DNA from: Vicinamibacterales bacterium
GTDB taxonomy: Bacteria > Acidobacteriota > Vicinamibacteria > Vicinamibacterales > UBA8438
Assembly: GCA_965214865.1 (NCBI GenBank)
Contig: CBDCCN010000004.1
Location: forward strand, 2,801,300-2,865,299
Reading direction: 5' to 3'
Length of the DNA stretch: 64,000 nt
Made by a program: the position numbers and the translations under genes. The notes below the pieces were generated by a model. It saw nothing but the letters and a program-made list of their open reading frames with translations, did not search any database and had not been told where the DNA came from. Positions 51,111-58,519 of this stretch are shown piece after piece (the first letter of the stretch is position 1; every line of letters starts with the position of its first letter).

Positions 51111-52118
51111 ATGAAGACATGGTCGACCGGCATGCTCGTCGTCGGCGCCCTGGCGGTGGCTCTCGCCCTGGCGGGGCGGCCTCCGGCGTCGGCCCGGGAA
51201 TCGTCCGCGCCCCCGCTCGTGAGCCAGGAGCAGTTCGACCGCTGGCTCGTCGAGCTCTCCAACTGGGGCCGCTGGGGACCGGACGACGAGCTGGGCGCGT
51301 TCAATCTCATCACGCCGGCCCGGCGCGCCGCGGCGGCGGCGCTGGTCACCGAGGGCTTCACGGTGTCGCTGGCGTCGAACGCCCAGAACTACGAGAGCGC
51401 CGACGTGCCCTGCCCGGTCGAGTGGGAGATGGTGCGCGCCACGCGCCGGGGGGCCAGCGACCGGATCGCCTACCCGTGCATCCACGGTCCCGGCACCACG
51501 CACCTGGATGCGTTCGCCCACGTGTTCTTCGACGGCAAGATGTGGAACGGGTACGACGTCGACGGGCTGGTGACGATGGGCGGCGGCGCCGCCAAGAACT
51601 CCATCATGACCATGAAGAACGGCATCGTCACGCGCGGCGTCCTCTACGACATCCCGCGCCTGAAAGGCGTGCCCTGGTTGGAGCCGGGAACGCGCATCAC
51701 GGTCGAGGACCTGGAGGCGTGGGAGGAGATGGCCGGCGTGAAGGCCGGTCCCGGCGATGCCTTCCTCATTCGCTGGGGGCGCTGGGCCCGGCAGGACGCA
51801 CTCGGCCCGTTCGACACCGGCCTCGAGGCGGCCGGCCTCGACAACAACGTGATCCCGTGGCTGAAGGAGCGTGACGTGGCGGTGGCGGGTTGGGAGACGC
51901 CCGGCTATGCGCCGCAGCCGGAAGGTGACCTCCCGCGCACCGCGCTGCACAACTTCGCGCTGACGATTCTCGGGATCCAGGTGCTCGACCGCGCGGACTT
52001 CCAGGCCCTGGCCAACGCCGCGGCGGAACGCAACCGCTGGGAGTTCATGGTGACCATCGCGCCGCTGCCGATTCCGAACGGCACCGGCTCGCCGGTCAAC
52101 CCCATCGCCATGTTCTGA
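51111..52118 (+). CDS. cyclase-family protein with signal peptide, paralogue 3
   Basis: GAGGAGGGG RBS. Signal peptide is MKTWSTGMLVVGALAVALALAG. Contains SNWGRWGPDDELGAFNLITPARRAAAAALVTEG, IHGPGTTHLDAFAHVF, GDAFLIRWGRW and a C-terminal MVTIAPLPIPNGTGSPVNPIAMF. Confidence 0.9.
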   Translation: MKTWSTGMLVVGALAVALALAGRPPASARESSAPPLVSQEQFDRWLVELSNWGRWGPDDELGAFNLITPARRAAAAALVTEGFTVSLASNAQNYESADVPCPVEWEMVRATRRGASDRIAYPCIHGPGTTHLDAFAHVFFDGKMWNGYDVDGLVTMGGGAAKNSIMTMKNGIVTRGVLYDIPRLKGVPWLEPGTRITVEDLEAWEEMAGVKAGPGDAFLIRWGRWARQDALGPFDTGLEAAGLDNNVIPWLKERDVAVAGWETPGYAPQPEGDLPRTALHNFALTILGIQVLDRADFQALANAAAERNRWEFMVTIAPLPIPNGTGSPVNPIAMF

Positions 52119-52216
52119 TCATTCAGCCGCAAGACGAACTTCCGGCAGGCCAACGACTTGTGGGTGGCGACGTGCTTGTAACCTGTTCTGATGGGTGCTC
52201 CGTGCTCTGAACGAAA

Positions 52217-52370
52217 GGGCGGCTGAATCAGGGGGCCGACCGGGCCGACCAGCCGCCGTCCTGTTCCGAACGACAAGGGGCGGCTGAACCGCGTAACGGG
52301 TCAGTCGCCCCTGCCTGCGATTCTGAACGAAGAAAGGGGCGGCTGATCACCATGTGATCAGCCGCCCCTT
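52217..52370 (-). repeat. three tandem GC hairpins built on a GGGGCGGCTGA core, each followed (minus strand) by a TTCGTTC(A/G)G tail
   Basis: H1: 52218-52225 pairs with 52250-52257 (8 bp). H2: AGGGGCGGCTGA 52276-52287 pairs with TCAGTCGCCCCT 52301-52312 (12 bp, one G-T). H3: 52334-52350 pairs with 52354-52370 (17-bp perfect stem, 3-nt loop). Unit spacing is ~58-60 bp. The array lies between convergent stops at 52118 and 52431. Confidence 0.55.
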
Positions 52371-52430
52371 CGATGACACGCCGACGGCCGCTCCGTGCGG
52401 TCGGCTGCGAGCCAGTCCCCCGGTCGCGGT

Positions 52431-53813
52431 TCAGTTCGTGGCGCTCGCGACCCCCGACAGCTCCTGGATCTGCTCGCCGGTGCTGTCGCCGAACTGCTCC
52501 GTCGGCACCCCCAGCGAGTTCAGCAGCGTCAGGTGCAGGTTGGTCAGCCGCTGGGTTCCCTCCGCGTACTGCACGTGCCGGCCGCCCTGGACGCGGCCCG
52601 CGCCGCCGCCCGCCAGCAGGATCGGCAGGTTGCGGATATCGTGCCGGTTGCCTTCGCTGATGGCGCTGCCGTACAGGATGACGACGTTGTCCAAGAGCGA
52701 GCCGTCGCCGTCCGGCGTCTCCGCGAGCCGGTCCAGGTAGTAGTTGAACAGCGACGTGTGGTACGCGTTGATCTTCCGCAGGGCGGCGATCTTCTGCTCG
52801 TCCCCCCCGTGGTGCGAGATGGGGTGGTGCGAGTCGGAGACGCCGATCTGCGGATAGGTCGCGCCGCTCTGCTCGCGGCCGACCTGGAACGTGATGATGC
52901 GGGTGGTGTCGGTTTGCAGCGCGAGCGTCTGCATGTCGAACATCAGCCGCGCGTGCTCGTCGTAGCTGACCGGGATGCCGGCCGGCGAATCCACCAGCGG
53001 CAGCTCGCGCCCGCGCGTCTCCGCGTTCTGGATCCGCCGCTCGATCTCGCGCACGGAATCGACGTACTCGCCGAGCTTCAGGCGGTCGCGGCGCCCGAGG
53101 TCGCCCTCCAGGGAATGCACCTTGTCGAGCACCGAGTCGATGATGCTGCCCTGCCGGCGCAGGCGGGACTTCCGCACCGCCGGGTCGGTGCTCTCGACGC
53201 TGCCGAAGAGCCGCTCGAAGACCACGCGCGGGTTCGCCTCGATCGGCAGGGGGGTCGTGGGGCTGCTCCAGGCCAGCCGGTTCTGGTAGGCGCAACTGAA
53301 GCCGACGTCGCAGGTGCCGACCCCGTTGACCGTGTCGGTGCCTTCGAGGCCGAGCTCCAGCGACGGCAGCGGCGTCTCCTGCCCGATGGTCCGGGCCAGG
53401 ATCTGGTCCATCGACGTGCCGAGCTGCAGGCTGGAGCTGCTGGTCGTGCGCAAGGGCTCCACCCCGGTCATGAACGCTCCGGCCGGCTTGGCGTGGGCGC
53501 CCGAGTTGCCGGTGCGCGACATGGCCCCGGTGTTGTCGAGGCCGCTGAGCACCAGCAGGTGATTCCGGTGCGCCTCGAGCGGTTTCAGCGTGGGAGTGAA
53601 CTCGAAGCCGGTTCCCTCCGTCGCCGGGGTCCATCCCGCCATGATGATGCCGTTGGGCACGTAGACGGTGCCGAAACGGGCGATCGGCTTCGCCGCGGTC
53701 TTCGACAGGGCGGTGAGCGCCGGCACCATCCCGTCGAGGAGCGGCAACGCCAGCGTGGCGCCGATGCCGCGCAGCACGGTCCGGCGAGGAACGGCCTTCT
53801 TCACGATGATCAT
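52431..53813 (-). CDS. DUF1552-family protein with TAT-type signal (pair C)
   Basis: The ATG at 53813 overlaps the upstream stop as ATGA (53810-53813). N-terminus is MIIVKKAVPRRTVLRGIGATLALPLLDGM. HHPISHH is present. Colinear with 12429..13775. Confidence 0.9.
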   Translation of the reverse strand: MIIVKKAVPRRTVLRGIGATLALPLLDGMVPALTALSKTAAKPIARFGTVYVPNGIIMAGWTPATEGTGFEFTPTLKPLEAHRNHLLVLSGLDNTGAMSRTGNSGAHAKPAGAFMTGVEPLRTTSSSSLQLGTSMDQILARTIGQETPLPSLELGLEGTDTVNGVGTCDVGFSCAYQNRLAWSSPTTPLPIEANPRVVFERLFGSVESTDPAVRKSRLRRQGSIIDSVLDKVHSLEGDLGRRDRLKLGEYVDSVREIERRIQNAETRGRELPLVDSPAGIPVSYDEHARLMFDMQTLALQTDTTRIITFQVGREQSGATYPQIGVSDSHHPISHHGGDEQKIAALRKINAYHTSLFNYYLDRLAETPDGDGSLLDNVVILYGSAISEGNRHDIRNLPILLAGGGAGRVQGGRHVQYAEGTQRLTNLHLTLLNSLGVPTEQFGDSTGEQIQELSGVASATN

Positions 53814-56293
53814 GACTCTGACCTCCGCATGAGGAACGGTGTGCTCTTGACCACGGACGATACGAGGGCCGACCAGGTGAGCTCGCCGGGAGCCGTCTGC
53901 CGGCTGATCTGCCGGATCACCGGCATGTCGTAGTGCTCGAGGGTGCGTCCGAGGGCGTACGTCAGCAGTTTCTCGGTGACAGTCTCGACGAACTGGTCCT
54001 CCCGCTCCAGGATCACGTTCCGCAGCCCGGCCAGTCCGTGCAGCTCGGTGCCGTCGATCAGGGTGCCCGACGCGTCGATCGGGATCCCGGTGTCGAACGG
54101 CGTGCCGCCGCCGCTGGTGGCGCGGAAGCGGCCGATCGCGTCGAACTCCTCGAGCGCGAATCCGAGGGGGTCGATGGTGTTGTGGCAACTCGCGCAGATC
54201 GCGTTGGTGCGGTGCGTCTCGAGCCGCTCGCGGACCGAGCGGGCCACGCCGCCTTCGTTCACGCTCGGCAGGCTCGGCACGTCGGGCGGCGCCGGCGACG
54301 GAGGCGTGCCGAGGACGTTTTCCAGCAGCCAGACCCCGCGCACGACGGGCGACGTGCGGTTGGCGTACGACGTGATGGTGAGCAGGCTGGCGTGCCCGAG
54401 GATCCCGCCGCGGGTGTCGTCGGGATAGTTCACCCGCCGGAAGTGCACACCGTGCACGTCCGGGATGCCGTAGTGGCGCGCCAGACGCTCGTTGACGAAG
54501 GTGTAGTCGGCCCGCAGGGCGTTGACCACCGGGCGGTCCTCCCGCAGCTCGTTTTCCAGGAAGAGCTGGGTCTCCCGCCACATCGCTTCGCGCAGGTTCT
54601 CGTCGAACGCGGTATAGGTGGCCGTGTCCGGCGTTGCGTTGCGCAGCTTGCGGAGCTGCAGCCACTGGCCCGCGAAGTTCTCGACCAGCGCCGTCGAGCG
54701 GCGATCGGCCAGCATGCGCTCGATCTGGCGGTCGAGCACCGCCGGCTCGCTCAGTCGGCCCGCGGCCGCGAGGTCCAGCAGCTCGTCGTCGGGGATGCTG
54801 CTCCACAGGAAGAAGGACAGGCGCGAGGCCAGCTCCAGATCGCCGATGCGGTACGGCGCGCCGGGAGGGACGTCCGGCGGATCGGTCTCGATGCGGAAGA
54901 GGAACTCCGGATCCACCAGAAGCCGCTCCACCGCAGCCTGGATGCCGGCGTCGAAGGCGCCCTCGTTGCGGCCGTCGCGATAGAAGGGGAGCAGCGTCTC
55001 GACGTCCGCGTCGGTGGTCGGCCGGCGATAGGCCTGACGCGCCAGACGCGAGAGGATCTCCGTCGCGCATGCTTCCTCACCGGCCGCGCCGCCGGTCGGC
55101 TCGCACACGAACAGGCGATCCCGGCCCGGCAGCCCGGCCGCGCCGCTCGCGTTGTAGGGGCCGATGATCTGCACCTCGGAGACGCCCGGGTAGCCTTCCT
55201 GGAACTCGTTCTGCCCGTACGAGTACGTCGAGCGGTCGACCGGCAGCGGCAGAATCCCCTCCGGCAGCGCCGGGCGCCGGTGGAAGGAGAGGCCGACCAC
55301 ATGCCGGCCGGCGGTGACCGGCGTGCGGACCTCCAGCCCCTCGTCGGCGTGCAGGGCGTACAGCTCCCATTCCGGGAAGGACCGCGAGTCGTAGATGTCT
55401 TCGAACTTGCCGGCGTACCCCATCGGCGGACGCTGGCCCCGCTCCCAGTCGCGGCCCACCGTGAAGCCGCCCACGCGCTCGCCGTCCACCCGCACGTCGA
55501 GCTCGTGCGGCCGGCCGAGACCGCGCACGTAGCCGTACTCCTGCTTGCGCAGGCTGACGCGGATGATGTACTCGCCGTCGACCGGGAAGTGGTGCTCGAC
55601 CGCGACGCCGCCGCGCGACCCGAACGGCAGCTCGTCGCTGACGGGGCCGTCCTGGTCCAGCGCCCCGTGCACCGGATAGACTTCTGCCACCGCACGCAGG
55701 CTCGTGTCGCCCACGACGAGCTGGCTGATGCGGCGCGCCGCGGCCAGATACCGCTCGATCAGGGTCGGCGACACGGACAGCACGTCCGCGATGTTGTCGA
55801 AGCCTTCCTGCTCGTCGTCGGCCGGCAGCAGGGCGTTGACGTCGATTTCGAGGCCGAAAATGTCGCGGATGGCGTTGGCGTACTCCGCCCGGTTGAGGCG
55901 GTGGACGGCGGGCCGTCCGGGATCGGGGTTCTCGAGTCCCGCCCGGTCGAGCCCGGTCTCCAGCCACTCGATGAACTCGTGGGTCGCGGCGGCGGCGGGT
56001 CGCGGCCGGCCGGCCGGCGGCATCGCGTTGGCTCGCAGCCGGCGGATCACGTGCTCCCAGGTGGCTGCGTTCGTCTCCAGGTGCGCGACGTCCGGCGTGT
56101 CGAGGGCCAGCCCCGCGGTCAGCGTGCGCCGGTTGTGGCAGGCGACGCAGTACCGGTCGAGCAGGGCCCTTGCTTCCGCGGTGCCGGTTCCGGCTTCGTC
56201 TTGCGGGGCGGGTCGGGGCTCCGCGTGCAGGTCGAGCTGCGCCGCGCCGATCAGGGCCGCCAGCCCCACGCCTGCGAGTGTCCAGCGTGCCAT
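53810..56293 (-). CDS. PSCyt/PSD-type di-heme cytochrome-like protein (DUF1592/DUF1588 family), pair C
   Basis: ATG at 56293 with GGAGG upstream (MARWTLAGVGLAALIGAAQ). Heme motifs are CVACH (LDRYCVACHNRR) and NAICASCHNTIDPLGFALEEFDAIGRFR. The 1482-aa track ORF reads through the ankyrin gene region in another sense and was trimmed. Confidence 0.9.
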   Translation of the reverse strand: MARWTLAGVGLAALIGAAQLDLHAEPRPAPQDEAGTGTAEARALLDRYCVACHNRRTLTAGLALDTPDVAHLETNAATWEHVIRRLRANAMPPAGRPRPAAAATHEFIEWLETGLDRAGLENPDPGRPAVHRLNRAEYANAIRDIFGLEIDVNALLPADDEQEGFDNIADVLSVSPTLIERYLAAARRISQLVVGDTSLRAVAEVYPVHGALDQDGPVSDELPFGSRGGVAVEHHFPVDGEYIIRVSLRKQEYGYVRGLGRPHELDVRVDGERVGGFTVGRDWERGQRPPMGYAGKFEDIYDSRSFPEWELYALHADEGLEVRTPVTAGRHVVGLSFHRRPALPEGILPLPVDRSTYSYGQNEFQEGYPGVSEVQIIGPYNASGAAGLPGRDRLFVCEPTGGAAGEEACATEILSRLARQAYRRPTTDADVETLLPFYRDGRNEGAFDAGIQAAVERLLVDPEFLFRIETDPPDVPPGAPYRIGDLELASRLSFFLWSSIPDDELLDLAAAGRLSEPAVLDRQIERMLADRRSTALVENFAGQWLQLRKLRNATPDTATYTAFDENLREAMWRETQLFLENELREDRPVVNALRADYTFVNERLARHYGIPDVHGVHFRRVNYPDDTRGGILGHASLLTITSYANRTSPVVRGVWLLENVLGTPPSPAPPDVPSLPSVNEGGVARSVRERLETHRTNAICASCHNTIDPLGFALEEFDAIGRFRATSGGGTPFDTGIPIDASGTLIDGTELHGLAGLRNVILEREDQFVETVTEKLLTYALGRTLEHYDMPVIRQISRQTAPGELTWSALVSSVVKSTPFLMRRSES

Positions 56294-56364
56294 CGTTGCG
56301 CCTCCGTGAAAAGCCCTTCGCTTCGTTTCCGGCGCCGGGCTGGTGTCTGCTCCGGCGGTTCGCG

Positions 56365-57810
56365 TCAGTCCCGGTTCGCCATCCGCAGGAGATGGCGCTG
56401 CAGCAGATCGCGCGGTGTCGTTCCGTCCTCGCTCTTCCTGTCCAGATCGGCTCCGAGGCCGACCAGGAAGTCGACGACGCTCGTGAATCCGTACCGCGCG
56501 GCGGCATGCAGGGCGGTCTCGCCCGCCCGGATCGTCCCGTGCACGAGCTCGCCGGCCCCCGCGTCGACGGCGGCCTTGACGGTCTCCAGCACGCGTTCCT
56601 CGTCGCTCCACTGGGCGGTGACCAGTTCCGGCGCGATCAGCCGGCTGCGGCGCGTGGTGCTGCGGCTCAGGCCGAGTCCCACCGCCGCCATCAGCGCCGT
56701 CGTGCCGTCCTCGGTGCGCACGAGCGGGTCCGCCCCGGCCGCGGCGAGCATCCGGGCGATCTCCGGCTCCAGGTACTTTATTGCCAGCAGGAACGGCGTG
56801 GCGCCCTTTTCCCTGAGCGTGAAGACGAACTCGTACGTCCAGCGCGGCACCGGCGTGCTGCGTGTGAGGCGGGCGTTCGGGTCCGCCCCCCGGGCCAGCA
56901 GCATTCTCACCAGGGGCCGGTCGGCGCGCAGGACCGCCGCGTGCAGCGCGTTGTAACCGGCCCCGTTCGCGTCGGGATCGGCGCCGCGGGCGAGCAGGAA
57001 TTCCGCGAGTCGCGGATGGCCGCTCATGGTCGCCAGCACCAGCGCGCTGTTGCCGTCCGCGCCGGTCTCGTTGACGTCCGCCCCCGCGTTCAGCAGGCGG
57101 CGGGCGGACGCGACGTCGCCGTGGCGCGCGGCGAACAGCAGCGGCGTGAAGCCGCCGGCGTCGAAGTGGGTGGCGCCGGCCGGGCTGGTGGTGCTGCGCA
57201 GGCCGGTGCCGCGGAACTGTCGCCGGGTGATGGTGCGGGCGTCGACCGCCGCGCCGTGCTCCAGCAGCACCCGCGTGACGTCGGGCTGGAGGTGGGCCGC
57301 GGCCCACATCAGGGCGGTCTGCCCGTTCTCCGGCTCGGTCGCGTCGACGTCGGCGCCGTGCTCGATCAGCGCCTCCACCGCCGCCGGGTCGCCCGTCGCC
57401 GTGCAGCGCATCAGGACCGTCTCGCCCGCGAGAAGCCCGATGTCGGCGTCCGCGCCGGCGGCCAGAAGCTGCCGTACGACCTCGGTGTTGCGGCTGGCGC
57501 AGGCGACCCACAGCGGCGTGGCGCCCAGCTCGTTCGCCGCGTCGACGTGCGCCCCGGCCTCGATCAGCCGGTTCACCGTTCCCAGGTCGTTCCAGTGCGC
57601 CGCCCAGTGCAGCGCCGTCGCGCCGTCGCCCTGCGGGGTGTTGACGTCGATGTCCCGGTCCAGCAGGATGCCGACCGTGGCCCAGTCGCGGTTCTTCGCC
57701 GCGTCGACGATCCGGCGGTCGGAACTGGCGGCGGCCGGGCCTGCCGCCCACAGGCTGAACAGCACTCCGGCCGCGAACCGCGTACACGGATGCCGCAAGG
57801 TCACAAGCAT
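56365..57810 (-). CDS. secreted ankyrin-repeat protein (paralogue of 13876..15369)
   Basis: N-terminus is MLVTLRHPCTRFAAGVLFSLWAAGPAAA. The ankyrin repeats are colinear with the B copy (ATALHWAAHWNDLGTVNRLIEAGAHVD, GQTALMWAAAHLQ...). It ends 71 nt upstream of the pair C heme protein. Confidence 0.9.
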   Translation of the reverse strand: MLVTLRHPCTRFAAGVLFSLWAAGPAAASSDRRIVDAAKNRDWATVGILLDRDIDVNTPQGDGATALHWAAHWNDLGTVNRLIEAGAHVDAANELGATPLWVACASRNTEVVRQLLAAGADADIGLLAGETVLMRCTATGDPAAVEALIEHGADVDATEPENGQTALMWAAAHLQPDVTRVLLEHGAAVDARTITRRQFRGTGLRSTTSPAGATHFDAGGFTPLLFAARHGDVASARRLLNAGADVNETGADGNSALVLATMSGHPRLAEFLLARGADPDANGAGYNALHAAVLRADRPLVRMLLARGADPNARLTRSTPVPRWTYEFVFTLREKGATPFLLAIKYLEPEIARMLAAAGADPLVRTEDGTTALMAAVGLGLSRSTTRRSRLIAPELVTAQWSDEERVLETVKAAVDAGAGELVHGTIRAGETALHAAARYGFTSVVDFLVGLGADLDRKSEDGTTPRDLLQRHLLRMANRD

Positions 57811-58175
57811 CCGTCATGATAGCGCCGTGCGGATCTCGATCCAACCATTTTCGCGCCGTCAATCGGACATTTCTCACCCGCGAGAGGAGCGCTTCATGGC
57901 ATCCGGACTCAATCGCCGTCGGCTCGTGACGTTTGTGGGCTCGACGCACGGGGACGTTACGCCGGCGGGTCCCTGTACGCGGGTGACACGAGCCGCTACG
58001 CCGTGTGCACGGAGAACGGCGCCGAGCTGCTGCCCCTCGAGCCGCTGCTCGACGGGCCCCCGCGGGACTGAACGCCGGCGCGCAGAAGGCCACGCGGGCC
58101 GAGTGCGGGCGGCGGCGCTGCCGAAAGACGGGAGCTCGTCGGTCGCCGCGTCGCGTACCTCGATCGCGAGCGGCT

Positions 58176-58376
58176 TCAGGAAGGGTCGCTGCCGGAAGAC
58201 GGGATCTTGCGGCCCATGACGACCGCGACCACCAGGTGCAGCGTTCCATCGAGTGCATCGACCCGGCCGGTCAGCCGGTCCACCTTGCTGTTGACCACCA
58301 GCACGCCGACCGCGCTGACGAGCGAGAGCAGAGCCGTGAGGACATCGAGCACCGTAGCGTCCATACGTTCCATCAT
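58176..58376 (-). CDS. hypothetical small membrane protein
   Basis: MMERMDATVLDVLTALLSLVSAVGVLVVNSKVDRLTGRVDALDGTLHLVVAVVMGRK.. has G/C-ending codons in most positions. There is no SD and the local region has lower GC. Confidence 0.3.
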   Translation of the reverse strand: MMERMDATVLDVLTALLSLVSAVGVLVVNSKVDRLTGRVDALDGTLHLVVAVVMGRKIPSSGSDPS

Positions 58377-58519
58377 AAGACACAAGACGATTCAAGAGTC
58401 GGAGAACGGTCCGGGCGGCGCGGCGTTGCCTTCGGCGGCGATGCTGCCAGCCGGGGCCAGGCGGACGTCGGCCGACCGCGATCGCCCGACGGATCGCGGT
58501 CGGACCGTTGTGCGAGCGG

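Noticed and set aside
52207-52370. A CRISPR array.
   Set aside because: There are only three imperfect units of ~58-60 bp. Each unit forms its own hairpin with a complementary arm located in what would be the spacer. No cas genes are present. It fits terminator or REP-like elements better.
57896-58075. Possible small plus-strand gene after a GAGAGGAG RBS (MASGLNRRRLVTFVGSTHGD..., with a better-looking continuation ...YAGGSLYAGDTSRYAVCTENGAELLPLEPLLDGPPRD in another frame).
   Set aside because: It needs a frameshift to give sensible sequence and no family is recognisable. The evidence is insufficient for a feature call.
53810-58258. A 1482-aa mega-ORF, and similar over-long calls (71-2347, 38773-41409, 52431-55070, 23851-25575, 24537-25898).
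   Set aside because: The N-terminal portions are low-complexity R/P/G sequence running through neighbouring genes. Internal ATG or GTG codons with GGAGG sites and signal peptides give products colinear with their paralogues. I therefore trimmed or split these ORFs.
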